DNA from: Aestuariirhabdus sp.
Lineage (GTDB): Bacteria > Pseudomonadota > Gammaproteobacteria > Pseudomonadales > Aestuariirhabdaceae
Direction: 5' to 3'
Assembly (NCBI GenBank): GCA_030622755.1
Contig: JAUXFT010000003.1
Coordinates: forward strand, 2,118 to 66,117
DNA: 64,000 nt
Shown in pieces: positions 34,655 to 45,293 of the stretch. The notes beneath the pieces are model-generated. The model had not been told where the DNA came from, made no database searches, and saw only the letters and a program-made list of their open reading frames with translations. The translations under genes and the position numbers were made by a program. Every line of letters starts with the position of its first letter. The first letter of the stretch is position 1.

Positions 34655-35531
34655 GAACGTCTCCGGATGTTTCACTGTCCGGCTCGGCAACCATCTCATC
34701 AAGCGCTACAGACTTATCCGTAAATACCAACAACAGATGGCTACTACGATTCAAACTGGCACTCGGGCGCACCCTGACAAAAGCAAAAGGATGCCCGGGA
34801 TCATGAACTACCGAGACTACTTTACCGACAGGATAGCCACTGGGAAAACGCTGGCCAAGACCAGAACTGATCAGTAAATCCCCTTCAACGATATCGGCTG
34901 TATTGGGTACATGACGCAAGCTCAACTCATCCAGCTTGCCAGTACCGCTGGCAATGGCTCGCACCCCGTTACGATTAATTTGCACTGGCAAGCTATGGCT
35001 GTTATCGCTAATCAACAGCACTCGACTGGACAGCAAGCTCACAGAGATAACCTGCCCCACCAGGCCATCGGCATCCAGCACCGGCTGACCGACAAAAACC
35101 CCTTTGCTGGTACCTTTATTGATTACCACCTGATGAGAATAAGGATCAGGGTCAACCCCGATCAATTCAGCAACCAACACTTTTTCATCAACGAGTTCTG
35201 AGGAATTAAGCAATTCGCGCAAGCGGACATTCTGCGCAGTCAAGGACGCCAGCTTCTGCAACCGTCTGTCGAGCACAAGGTTTTCTGCCCAGAGGCTGGC
35301 GTTTTCCTCCAGCAACATTTCACGGGTATTGAAAGAGCTGCTAAAGGATCCCAGTAAACTGGCAGGAATACTGGCCATCCATTGTACCGGCGTGGTCACC
35401 ACCGTTAACCAGGCACGAGTGGCCTGGAGATAATCATAGCGATGGTCAACCACGATGAGGCTCACTGACAAAATAACCAGCAGTACCACTCGGGTTGCGA
35501 CCGAAGGGCCTTGGGTAAAAATCGGTTTAAT
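34647..35531 (-). CDS. mreC: Rod shape protein MreC (probable ATT start at 35531)
   Basis: In-frame IKPIFTQGPS preceded by GGGAGG; NVRLRELL, SSGLGQRFPSGYPVG. Confidence 0.93.
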   Translation of the reverse strand: MKPIFTQGPSVATRVVLLVILSVSLIVVDHRYDYLQATRAWLTVVTTPVQWMASIPASLLGSFSSSFNTREMLLEENASLWAENLVLDRRLQKLASLTAQNVRLRELLNSSELVDEKVLVAELIGVDPDPYSHQVVINKGTSKGVFVGQPVLDADGLVGQVISVSLLSSRVLLISDNSHSLPVQINRNGVRAIASGTGKLDELSLRHVPNTADIVEGDLLISSGLGQRFPSGYPVGKVVSVVHDPGHPFAFVRVRPSASLNRSSHLLLVFTDKSVALDEMVAEPDSETSGDVHE

Positions 35532-35591
35532 CGCTACCTCCCCAGATACATCGCATTGGTATTATGCCCCCTGGATATCGAGTGTCTCCAG

Positions 35592-35631
35592 AAACACAAA
35601 CGGCGCCCAACCTGTCAGACCGGACGCCGAA
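35592..35631 (-). terminator. Hairpin/terminator between mreB and mreC
   Basis: Minus strand CGGCGTCCGGTCTG-A-CAGGTTGGGCGCCG followed by TTTGTGTTT. Confidence 0.65.
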
Positions 35632-35651
35632 ACTACCGCCAATAACTTGCT

Positions 35652-36743
<1,092 letters not shown>

Positions 36744-37002
36744 TCAATGCCCCGCCTTTAGAGCAAGGAATCTCGTGCAACTTTGCACACTAAGGTAACC
36801 TTTTGCAGCCCTTGCCACACAACCGCTCAGCTCCACTGCCAGGCTCTCTCAAAAACCTGCTCGGCGTTGCCTGTACCAATAAAAAAATAGTTCGCTATTC
36901 ACGCCGCGCAGAGGACAACCCAGTCTGCTTCAGGGTACAATCCGCAGGCTTGTATATTCGTTTGAAAAACTGCTCGATACCTCGACAGTGAAGGAGAAAG
37001 AC

Positions 37003-37290
37003 ATGTCCTTTGACCGTACAGATGTGGAGCGCACCGCCCACCTTGCGAGACTCTCAATCAATGAGAGCGACATTGAAAACACCACCGAAACCCTGACCCA
37101 TATTTTGCAACTGGTGGACCAAATGCAAGCCGTGGATACCTCCGGCATTACACCCCTGGCGCATCCCCTTGAGGCGGTTCAGCGCCTGCGAGCCGACCAG
37201 GTCACCGAAAGCGATCAACGCGATGCTTTCCAGCAAATAGCTCCAGCAACCGAAAACGGTCTCTATCTGGTACCCAAGGTCATTGACTGA
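37003..37290 (+). CDS. gatC: Asp/Glu-tRNA amidotransferase subunit C
   Basis: [21 protein letters not shown]; SD AAGGAG before 37003. Confidence 0.95.
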   Translation: MSFDRTDVERTAHLARLSINESDIENTTETLTHILQLVDQMQAVDTSGITPLAHPLEAVQRLRADQVTESDQRDAFQQIAPATENGLYLVPKVID

Positions 37291-37334
37291 CAGCGTCCTC
37301 TACGCCGCCCATCAATAACAGGACAGAACACCTA

Positions 37335-38792
37335 ATGCACAATAAAACCATCGTCGAACTTTCCCGCGCTCTGGCCGCCGGTGAATTTAGCAGCACCGAA
37401 TTAACGACACATTTCCTACAGCGTATTCATTCGCTGGACGAACAGTACAACAGTTTTATCACCGTTACCGAAGAACGCGCCCTGGCCGATGCGACAGAAG
37501 CCGACGAACGTATTGCACAGGGTAAGGCTACCGCCCTTACCGGGATTCCGCTGGCCCACAAGGATATTTTCTGCACTCAGGGAATTCGCACCAGCGCCGG
37601 CTCCAAAATGCTGGATAATTTCATTGCGCCTTATGAATCTACCGTCACTGCCAATTTCAATGCGGCCGGCTGCGTAATGTTAGGCAAAACCAATATGGAT
37701 GAGTTTGCGATGGGCTCCTCCAACGAAAACAGTTTTTATGGGCCAGTCAGTAACCCCTGGGATACCAAGGCTATCGCCGGAGGATCTTCTGGCGGTTCAG
37801 CGGCCGCCGTGGCCGCCCGTTTAACACCAGCGGCTACTGGCACCGACACCGGAGGGTCGATTCGGCAGCCCGCTTCTCACTGCGGCATTACCGGGCTCAA
37901 ACCGACCTACGGCCGGGTATCTCGCTGGGGCATGATCGCTTACGCTTCCAGTCTCGACCAGGCTGGCCCAATGGCCCGCACTGCCGAAGATGTTGCCCTG
38001 CTCCTGCAAGCTATGGCAGGTATGGATCCGAAAGACTCTACCAGTGTTGACCGACCCGTTGAGGATTACAGCGCAACCCTCAATGAGTCCCTGCAGGGAT
38101 TACGGGTTGGTTTGCCAGCAGAATTTTTTGCCGAAGGTCTGGACTCCGACGTCGAGCAATGCGTGAGCAACGCGGTTAGTGAGCTCGAAAAACTCGGTGC
38201 CACCGTCAAGCAGATCAGTCTGCCAAACTCCAACCTGTCGGTACCATCGTATTACGTCATAGCACCTGCCGAAGCATCCTCTAACCTGTCACGCTTCGAC
38301 GGTGCCCGGTTCGGTTACCGATGCGATCAACCACAGGATCTGGAAGATCTCTACAAGCGTTCGCGCGGAGAAGGTTTCGGGGCTGAAGTTAAACGGCGAA
38401 TCCTGGTCGGCACCTACGCGCTATCAGCCGGCTACTACGATGCCTATTACATTCAGGCACAAAAAATCCGTCGCCTGATCAAAAACGATTTCATCAATGC
38501 CTTTAATGACGTGGACGTTATTGTCGGCCCAACCGCACCGACGCCGGCCTTTAATCTTGGTGAAAAAGCCGACGATCCGGTGGCCATGTACCTGTCTGAT
38601 ATCTACACCCTGTCGACCAACCTCGCAGGATTACCCGGCATGAGCATTCCAGCCGGCCAGGTATCCGGACGTCCGGTTGGACTGCAAATTATCGGCAACT
38701 ATTTTAGCGAGGCGAAACTACTGAATATCGCGCATCGCTTCCAGCAGGCGACCGACTGGCATTTAAAAGCACCGACAGACATCGGCGCATGA
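37335..38792 (+). CDS. gatA: Amidotransferase subunit A
   Basis: [28 protein letters not shown]. Confidence 0.97.
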   Translation: MHNKTIVELSRALAAGEFSSTELTTHFLQRIHSLDEQYNSFITVTEERALADATEADERIAQGKATALTGIPLAHKDIFCTQGIRTSAGSKMLDNFIAPYESTVTANFNAAGCVMLGKTNMDEFAMGSSNENSFYGPVSNPWDTKAIAGGSSGGSAAAVAARLTPAATGTDTGGSIRQPASHCGITGLKPTYGRVSRWGMIAYASSLDQAGPMARTAEDVALLLQAMAGMDPKDSTSVDRPVEDYSATLNESLQGLRVGLPAEFFAEGLDSDVEQCVSNAVSELEKLGATVKQISLPNSNLSVPSYYVIAPAEASSNLSRFDGARFGYRCDQPQDLEDLYKRSRGEGFGAEVKRRILVGTYALSAGYYDAYYIQAQKIRRLIKNDFINAFNDVDVIVGPTAPTPAFNLGEKADDPVAMYLSDIYTLSTNLAGLPGMSIPAGQVSGRPVGLQIIGNYFSEAKLLNIAHRFQQATDWHLKAPTDIGA

Positions 38793-38860
38793 TTTATTAC
38801 AGTCGCCACACAAAATTGATTTACCACGTGCAGTCGTAAATTCGGTAAGAGGTTTATATT

Positions 38861-40306
38861 ATGGGATGGGAAACTGTGATCGGACTGGAAGTACATGTCC
38901 AGCTGGCCACCAAGAGCAAAATTTTTTCCGGCGCAAGCACCGTCTTCGGTGCCGAGCCCAATACTCAGGCCTCACTGGTTGATCTCGGCATGCCTGGCAT
39001 ACTGCCGGTGGTAAACGAGCAAGCCTATCGGTATGCGGTGATGTTCGGACTGGCGATCGATGCCAAAATCAGCAAACGCTCCTACTTCGAGCGTAAAAAT
39101 TATTTCTACCCCGATCTCCCCAAAGGCTACCAGACCACCCAACTGGAGCAGCCCATCGTCGGCCCTGGGCATATTCAGATACAGCTCCCCAATGGCGACA
39201 CCAAAGAGGTTCGCATTCATCATGCCCACCTGGAGGAGGATGCAGGAAAATCCCTGCATGAAGATTTCCACGGCATGAGCGGTATCGATCTTAACCGTGC
39301 CGGCACTCCACTGATAGAGATCGTCAGCGAGCCGGACATGCGCTCCTCAGCAGAAGCTGTGGCCTTCGCCAAAAAACTGCACTCTATCGTCACCTCCCTG
39401 GGAATTTGTGATGGAGAGATGTCGCAGGGATCGATGCGCTTTGACGTTAACGTATCGGTACGCAAGAAAGGCAGCGAAGTTCTCGGCACCCGTACCGAAA
39501 CCAAAAACCTCAACTCCTACCGGTTTATGGAAGAGGCGATAGCATTGGAAGTCGAGCGCCAGATCGATCTGATCGAAGATGGCGGTACGGTCCTGCAGGA
39601 AACCCGGCTCTACAATGCCGATACGCGCACCGCTCGTTCGATGCGCTCTAAAGAGGAAGCCAACGACTATCGTTACTTCCCTTGCCCTGATCTACTGCCC
39701 GTAGAAATTGATGATGAATTTATCGAAGCCGCCCGGGCCAGCCTGCCGGAACTACCCGACGCTCGACAGGCTCGATTCATGGATCAGTATAAACTCTCAG
39801 AATACGATGTTTCACAACTTGCCCAATACCGTGACACAGCCGAGTACTTTGAGAAAGTTACCAAGACCTGTAAGGATGCCAAACTGGCCGCCAACTGGGT
39901 AACCGGTGAACTAGCTAGCAGGCTCAATAAAGAAAGCCTCAATATTACACACAGCCCGGTGGGCGCCGATCAACTCGGCGAAATGCTGTTGCGCGTTAAA
40001 GATGACACCATCTCTGGCAAAGGTGCAAAAACGGTCTTTGATTCCATGTGGAATAAAGAAGGTAGCGCCGATGACATTATCGCCAGCAAAGGTCTGAAAC
40101 AGGTTTCTGATAGCGGCGCACTGGAAGCCATGATCGATGAAGTGATGGCAGCGAACACCGCGCAGGTTGAACAATACCGTGCCAGCCCTGCTGAGAAGCG
40201 CGGCAAAATGATTGGCTTCTTCGTTGGCCAGATAATGAAAGCGTCCCGTGGTTCCGCCAACCCCGGACAAGTGAATAAGTTACTCAAGGTCAAACTGGAT
40301 GGCTAA
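38861..40306 (+). CDS. gatB: Amidotransferase subunit B
   Basis: [32 protein letters not shown]. Confidence 0.97.
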   Translation: MGWETVIGLEVHVQLATKSKIFSGASTVFGAEPNTQASLVDLGMPGILPVVNEQAYRYAVMFGLAIDAKISKRSYFERKNYFYPDLPKGYQTTQLEQPIVGPGHIQIQLPNGDTKEVRIHHAHLEEDAGKSLHEDFHGMSGIDLNRAGTPLIEIVSEPDMRSSAEAVAFAKKLHSIVTSLGICDGEMSQGSMRFDVNVSVRKKGSEVLGTRTETKNLNSYRFMEEAIALEVERQIDLIEDGGTVLQETRLYNADTRTARSMRSKEEANDYRYFPCPDLLPVEIDDEFIEAARASLPELPDARQARFMDQYKLSEYDVSQLAQYRDTAEYFEKVTKTCKDAKLAANWVTGELASRLNKESLNITHSPVGADQLGEMLLRVKDDTISGKGAKTVFDSMWNKEGSADDIIASKGLKQVSDSGALEAMIDEVMAANTAQVEQYRASPAEKRGKMIGFFVGQIMKASRGSANPGQVNKLLKVKLDG

Positions 40307-40442
40307 TCCGTTTGTTCGAAAAATTGCATTCAGATGGTTGCGTACAAAATAAAGGAACTCGCTGTTAAGAATACAAAAGCTGGAGCCTGAACTCTTACAC
40401 CCTGAAGCGATTGTATTTACATTCACTAATAAACAATTGACC

Positions 40443-40477
40443 AATAAAAAGCCCCGACTAAATCGGGGCTTTTTATT
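40443..40477. terminator. Bidirectional intrinsic terminator
   Basis: AATAAAAAGCCCCGA-CTAAA-TCGGGGCTTTTTATT perfect stem with A/T tracts on both sides. Confidence 0.93.
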
Positions 40478-40534
40478 TATAGCTAGACATTATTGATAAC
40501 CTGCAGTGCAAATAATCACCTACAGCAAATATCA

Positions 40535-40885
40535 TCACGAATCCTTGCCCGTAACCTCAACACTCTCATAACGGTCTTCGCCCTTCTCATACGGCAAAAT
40601 CAGATTCAGGATAATGGCCACCAATGCCGCCAAACCAACCCCTTGCATACTGAAGGGTATCAGTTCCCGGTTTCATACCACCAATGCCAATCACCAGCAC
40701 CAGCACCTGCACCAGGGAAACAATACAAAGGTTTCTGGCTTTGCTCATATCCACCTGGGATTTAATCAGGGTATTGAGCCCAACCACGGCAATCGAGCCA
40801 AACAGCAACATCAAAATACCCCCCATCACCGGCACCGGCACCGGAATGGTTTACAGCAACATGCCGAACTTGCCTATGAACTTGC
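40535..40885 (-). pseudogene. uraA: 3' remnant of a uracil/xanthine (NCS2) permease UraA
   Basis: FIGKFGMLL*TIPVPVPVMGGILMLLFGSIAVVG...ARNLCIVS..IGIGG, then frameshift to FSMQGVGLAALVAIILNLILP...; internal TAA at 40851-40853; no N-terminal portion. Confidence 0.85.
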
Positions 40886-40972
40886 TCTTAGCCTGCGGGC
40901 GGGGTAAGGTTTCGCGTTTTATCATGAAGCAGCGACAAGCTGCAGATGACTATCAATTACTTGAGGTATTTC

Positions 40973-41530
40973 ATGCCCATTGATCTCGAAGAAATCAAAC
41001 AGGTCTATGCCGAAGCCGACTGCATCTACACCAATGAACAGGTCGAGACCGCTCTGGGGGAAATGGGCAAAGCGATCACCGAACGACTTCAGGACAGCAA
41101 CCCGGTAGTCTATACCATCATGAACGGCGGGCTGGTTACCTGCGGCAAGCTGTTGACGCACTTAGACTTCCCTCTGCAAGCCGGATACATGCACGCAACT
41201 CGCTACCGTGACAAAATCCATGGTGGCAAGCTCGACTGGCTCGTACGCCCAACACACTCTATGGAAGGACGTACCGTATTGATCGTCGATGACATTCTGG
41301 ATGAAGGCCATACCCTGGTGGAAGTCGTCGAGCATTGTAAAAGCCTCGGTGCGGAGACCATACTAACCGCCGTCCTGATCGATAAGCTCCATGAGCGCAA
41401 GGCGATTCCCGGGATGAAACCTGACTTTGCAGCCCTGGAAATCGAGGATCGTTATATCTTCGGTTTTGGACTCGACTACAAGGGTTACTGGCGCAATGCT
41501 CCAGGCATTTTTGCCCTTAAAGGCCACTAA
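40973..41530 (+). CDS. hpt: Hypoxanthine-guanine phosphoribosyltransferase
   Basis: MNGG, HATRY, LIVDDILDEGHTL, FGFGLDYKGYWRN. Confidence 0.92.
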   Translation: MPIDLEEIKQVYAEADCIYTNEQVETALGEMGKAITERLQDSNPVVYTIMNGGLVTCGKLLTHLDFPLQAGYMHATRYRDKIHGGKLDWLVRPTHSMEGRTVLIVDDILDEGHTLVEVVEHCKSLGAETILTAVLIDKLHERKAIPGMKPDFAALEIEDRYIFGFGLDYKGYWRNAPGIFALKGH

Positions 41531-41566
41531 AACCTGCACGCTATTTACGACACTGAGACATTTCGA

Positions 41567-41863
41567 ATGCTAAAGAAAGACAAACAAAAGGTTATTGGGG
41601 AAGAGCTATCAGACGCGCGCATCAAGTCCATGCTTGATCTTCGAGATGAGCGGGGTGATGTCAGTGATTTACATCTGCTAACTCGAGCTTATCGCGCCTT
41701 ACGCGCCGATGACTTCGAGCGTTTCGTTCACTTCTTCTGCACCGCAGGACACGACGTGAATGCCACCGATGCATCAGGTCGTAGTTTCCTGAAAATCATT
41801 TCCAAGCACGATCAAGCCACGCATTATACAAACATTCTAACAGCCGCTGGCGCCAACAAATAA
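41567..41863 (+). CDS. PA4642-family conserved hypothetical protein
   Basis: KKDKQKVIGE, RAYRALRADDFERF, DVNA; lies near hpt as in Pseudomonas. Confidence 0.8.
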   Translation: MLKKDKQKVIGEELSDARIKSMLDLRDERGDVSDLHLLTRAYRALRADDFERFVHFFCTAGHDVNATDASGRSFLKIISKHDQATHYTNILTAAGANK

Positions 41864-42143
41864 CTCACTCCAGGTGATCTGCATGCAGTTCGCCTGGCCG
41901 CTTTATCTTTACATCCCACTATCCTGGTCACCCATTATCCAAACCTGTAAGTCCTTCGCTTGGTTTTTATTAAACAGCATCCCCCAAAAGAGGTTAGCGG
42001 CATTAAAATGCTGAAACCTGCTCATTTAACCACAAAAAATCTCTATACCTGATCCAGCCCTCTTTATCACAACGATTAACAGGGTTAACCTTATGTGTTG
42101 CGTAACAGGCTACGCACCCCAATTCGCTAATCGGAATCAATAC

Positions 42144-43646
42144 TTGGACGCTTCTCACGACCGCCAAAAGAAACAGCATAGACTCAGGCTTCCCATCGCC
42201 TACAAAATGGCGCTGGCCATCACCCTGTGCACCTTTCTTTCCCTGATGTTGCTGGTCTCCATTAATTCCAATCAACAGTACAAGTTGCTAAAAGCGCAGA
42301 TTTCAGGGTTCGCCACGACCATCGTCAACCAGTTGGCAGCCGCTTCACAAGAATCACTGTTTACCGGAAACCATCTGGGTTTACGCCTTACCTTCACCAA
42401 CCTGACCCGTCAAAATGACATTCGCGGCGTGGCGCTTTATGACGAACATGGCGTACTGCTACTCAAAGAGGGCGAAACCAGCGGATCCCTACTAGCCGAA
42501 AAATTGCGTAATACCCAACCATCCCCTTCATTAACGGCCGGCGAAATCCCTGATAAGGCTCTGCTACGTTTTCGTTGGACAAGCTATCAGGAACAGGACC
42601 TCACTGCGTTTATCGCCCCGGTAAGCTTTCAAGGCATAACCGGCGGCTATGTTGAAGTCACCTTCAGCCAAATCCAGCTGTTTGGCGTAATCAGTAACGC
42701 TATCACCAACACTATTCTGGTTGCCCTGATATTGTCTGCGCTATCGAGCATACTCGCTATCGTGATGGGAAAACGTCTTAGTAGCCCCATCGTCAATCTG
42801 GTCGACGCGACCGAACAGGCCCTTGGTCAGCACCGCAAAATACCACGCGAGCGTCGCTCCGGTAATGAGATTGCCTACTTGATCGATGACGTTAACGAAA
42901 TGGGTCAGGCAATGCTGGAAAAGAACCAGCTGGAGCAGGTTTTCTCTCGCTTCGTGTCCCCCTCGATTGCCTCTCAAATGATCGACAGCCTGGACGATGC
43001 CGTACTCAACAACAGACGAGTGGAAGCTACCGTGTTGTTTGCTGATATCGTTGGATTCACGCAGATGTCAGAAAAATTGGATCCCGCACAGGTAGCAGAA
43101 CTTCTTAATGAGTATTACGGCTATTGCTACAAACTCAGTAAATACTTCTATGGTACCGTTGATAAATTTATTGGGGACGCCGCGATGGTGGTGTTTGGTG
43201 TTCCAGAAGATGATCCTGAACATCGTTTCCACGCCATTGCCTATGCGGCATGCTTACAGCAACTCATGGAACAGCTCAACGTCAAACGACGTAAGAAACA
43301 GCAGTCTACCGTGCATATTCGCATCGGTATCAATTGCGGCATGATGCAAGCTGGTCTATTAGGTACCGATGAACGTATGGAATATACCGTGGTAGGCGAC
43401 GCCGTAAACCTCGCATCGCGCTTGAGCGCAGAAGCCAGCGCCGACCAGATTGTTATTCCTGCTGAAATTTACCACCACGAAAAAGCCAAGGATCGCCTGC
43501 GGGCCAAGGTACATGGCGCCATTCGCATTCGTGGCAAAAGCGAACCTGTGGACACCTATTTAGTGACCGAGATTGTCGGCTCTCAACAACAGGCGATCAG
43601 CGATCTTTTAGCAGACCTGCTTAATGGAACTCATAGCGATGATTAA
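42144..43646 (+). CDS. Membrane class III adenylate cyclase (2 TM, periplasmic sensor, HAMP, CHD)
   Basis: LFADIVGFT, DKFIGDA, YTVVGDAVNLASRL, IRGK; start uncertain (42093 or TTG at 42144). Confidence 0.9.
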   Translation: MDASHDRQKKQHRLRLPIAYKMALAITLCTFLSLMLLVSINSNQQYKLLKAQISGFATTIVNQLAAASQESLFTGNHLGLRLTFTNLTRQNDIRGVALYDEHGVLLLKEGETSGSLLAEKLRNTQPSPSLTAGEIPDKALLRFRWTSYQEQDLTAFIAPVSFQGITGGYVEVTFSQIQLFGVISNAITNTILVALILSALSSILAIVMGKRLSSPIVNLVDATEQALGQHRKIPRERRSGNEIAYLIDDVNEMGQAMLEKNQLEQVFSRFVSPSIASQMIDSLDDAVLNNRRVEATVLFADIVGFTQMSEKLDPAQVAELLNEYYGYCYKLSKYFYGTVDKFIGDAAMVVFGVPEDDPEHRFHAIAYAACLQQLMEQLNVKRRKKQQSTVHIRIGINCGMMQAGLLGTDERMEYTVVGDAVNLASRLSAEASADQIVIPAEIYHHEKAKDRLRAKVHGAIRIRGKSEPVDTYLVTEIVGSQQQAISDLLADLLNGTHSDD

Positions 43647-44724
43647 ACGCGTCCATCTTTTTGTTTTCAGCTGCCTATTGCCTCTGCTGTTAAGCTCCTG
43701 CGCCCAGTACTACATTCAAACAGGTCAACTCGACAGTCAGCTTGAAAGCTGGCAAACCGAGCACCAATACCAGGCTGCAATCAGCGCTATTGATCAACTC
43801 CCTTCCGACCATCCAAACTACCACGATTATCAATCCCAGCGAGATCAATTACTCAAAAACCAACAACGCTTCATTGATAAAACCATTAATCAAGCCAACC
43901 AATTACTCGGCAAACGCCAGTGGCATGACGCCATCCTATTGTATCAACAGGCTATCGCAGGTAACCCGAATCAGCCTCAACTGATAGCGGCTTACAAAAA
44001 TAGCCAATCACAACTGCTTATCTACACCACCAAACTGCAACACCAACTCAACCTGACGGACGCCAGCGTATTGCGCAAACGCTTGCAGCTCATAACGGAA
44101 CTGCAACGTAGTAACCCTGACGAGCCAGACTTCCAGCTACAACTGGCAGCGGTGACTGAACGACAACAGGAGCTGCATGACTTCCTGACCGAATGCGCGC
44201 GCAATGGTGTGCAATATCCGAATTTTTCCCATGGAGAAAAGTGCTTGCTATGGGCCAGGGAAACATTACCAACAGGTACGTCTGACAAAGATCTGGTGGC
44301 GCTGGAAAAACACTACAAACAACAACACAAACAGTCCAGCAACGCGCGCGACAGGAAAGTTCAACAGAAGATCTCAGCGCTGGAGCAACAATACCACGAA
44401 GCATTAAAAGAGCAGGATTACCTGCTCTCCCGTGAACTACTTGATCAACAAGATCTGCTTCTTCCCAGCAATACCCACCTTATCACTACCCGACTAGAAT
44501 TAGATGCCGAGATTGAAGCGTACGTGCAACAACAAATCAAACTTGGCGCAGACGCCTACAGTAATGGCAACATCAACAAAGCACTTGAAATATGGCACCC
44601 TCTTCTGCCACTGAGCCCGGATAATCTGATGTTGCTCGGGCACATCCAGCGTGCAGAAAGCTTCGCCAACAAAGTAAAAAGCTTACAAAACACCCAGCAA
44701 GACAACCCGGAGAGTTTGAGATGA
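43639..44724 (+). CDS. TPR-like all-helical lipoprotein of unknown function
   Basis: Lipobox LLSS-C; TPR-like segments (AILLYQQAIAGNP, GNINKALEIW..L.LSPDN); overlaps the cyclase stop. Confidence 0.75.
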   Translation: MIKRVHLFVFSCLLPLLLSSCAQYYIQTGQLDSQLESWQTEHQYQAAISAIDQLPSDHPNYHDYQSQRDQLLKNQQRFIDKTINQANQLLGKRQWHDAILLYQQAIAGNPNQPQLIAAYKNSQSQLLIYTTKLQHQLNLTDASVLRKRLQLITELQRSNPDEPDFQLQLAAVTERQQELHDFLTECARNGVQYPNFSHGEKCLLWARETLPTGTSDKDLVALEKHYKQQHKQSSNARDRKVQQKISALEQQYHEALKEQDYLLSRELLDQQDLLLPSNTHLITTRLELDAEIEAYVQQQIKLGADAYSNGNINKALEIWHPLLPLSPDNLMLLGHIQRAESFANKVKSLQNTQQDNPESLR

Positions 44725-45293
44725 GATCGCTAACACCGCTACTTATTTTGCTAACAGCCCTGTTAACCGGCTGCGCACTAAGTCCACAACAAGTCGGCGT
44801 AACGCCTGACATTACTCTTGCTCAAAATGCACCCAACGTCAGGGGTTCGGTATCGGTCAACGTGATCGATGAACGCAACTCTCAGGTAGTGGGCAGCCGA
44901 GGGGGCGCGTACGCAAAATCCAGTAACCTGACTCTGGCTCCGGATTTTTCTGACGCCATAAAAGTGGCAGCAGAAAAAAACCTCAAACAGATGGGATTGG
45001 AAATCGATGACCAAAACCCGCTCATAACATTCAACATTTATGTGGATGAGCTGAACTATCGAGTTCCGGAAGGCAGCTATGTTACGGAAGTAAATCTTGA
45101 TGCCATTTTACGAAGCGAAGTACAGCAAGGTGGCAAACGTTTTCAGGGGCGCTATCAGGCACAAAGCCATCACACTGTAGTGAAAGCCCCCAGTGAAGAG
45201 AAAAACGAGGAATTAATCAATGACGTGTTAAACAGCGCCCTCAACCGACTATTCCATGACCAGGCACTACTCAAATTCCTCTCCGCCGGCTGA
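44721..45293 (+). CDS. YajG-family lipoprotein
   Basis: LLTG-CALSPQ, DER..VVGSRGGAY, NEELINDVL..AL.RLF.D. Confidence 0.8.
   Translation: MRSLTPLLILLTALLTGCALSPQQVGVTPDITLAQNAPNVRGSVSVNVIDERNSQVVGSRGGAYAKSSNLTLAPDFSDAIKVAAEKNLKQMGLEIDDQNPLITFNIYVDELNYRVPEGSYVTEVNLDAILRSEVQQGGKRFQGRYQAQSHHTVVKAPSEEKNEELINDVLNSALNRLFHDQALLKFLSAG

Noticed and set aside
40587-40841. 84-aa ORF as a functional small membrane protein
   Set aside because: Explained as an internal piece of the uraA pseudogene between a nonsense codon and a frameshift
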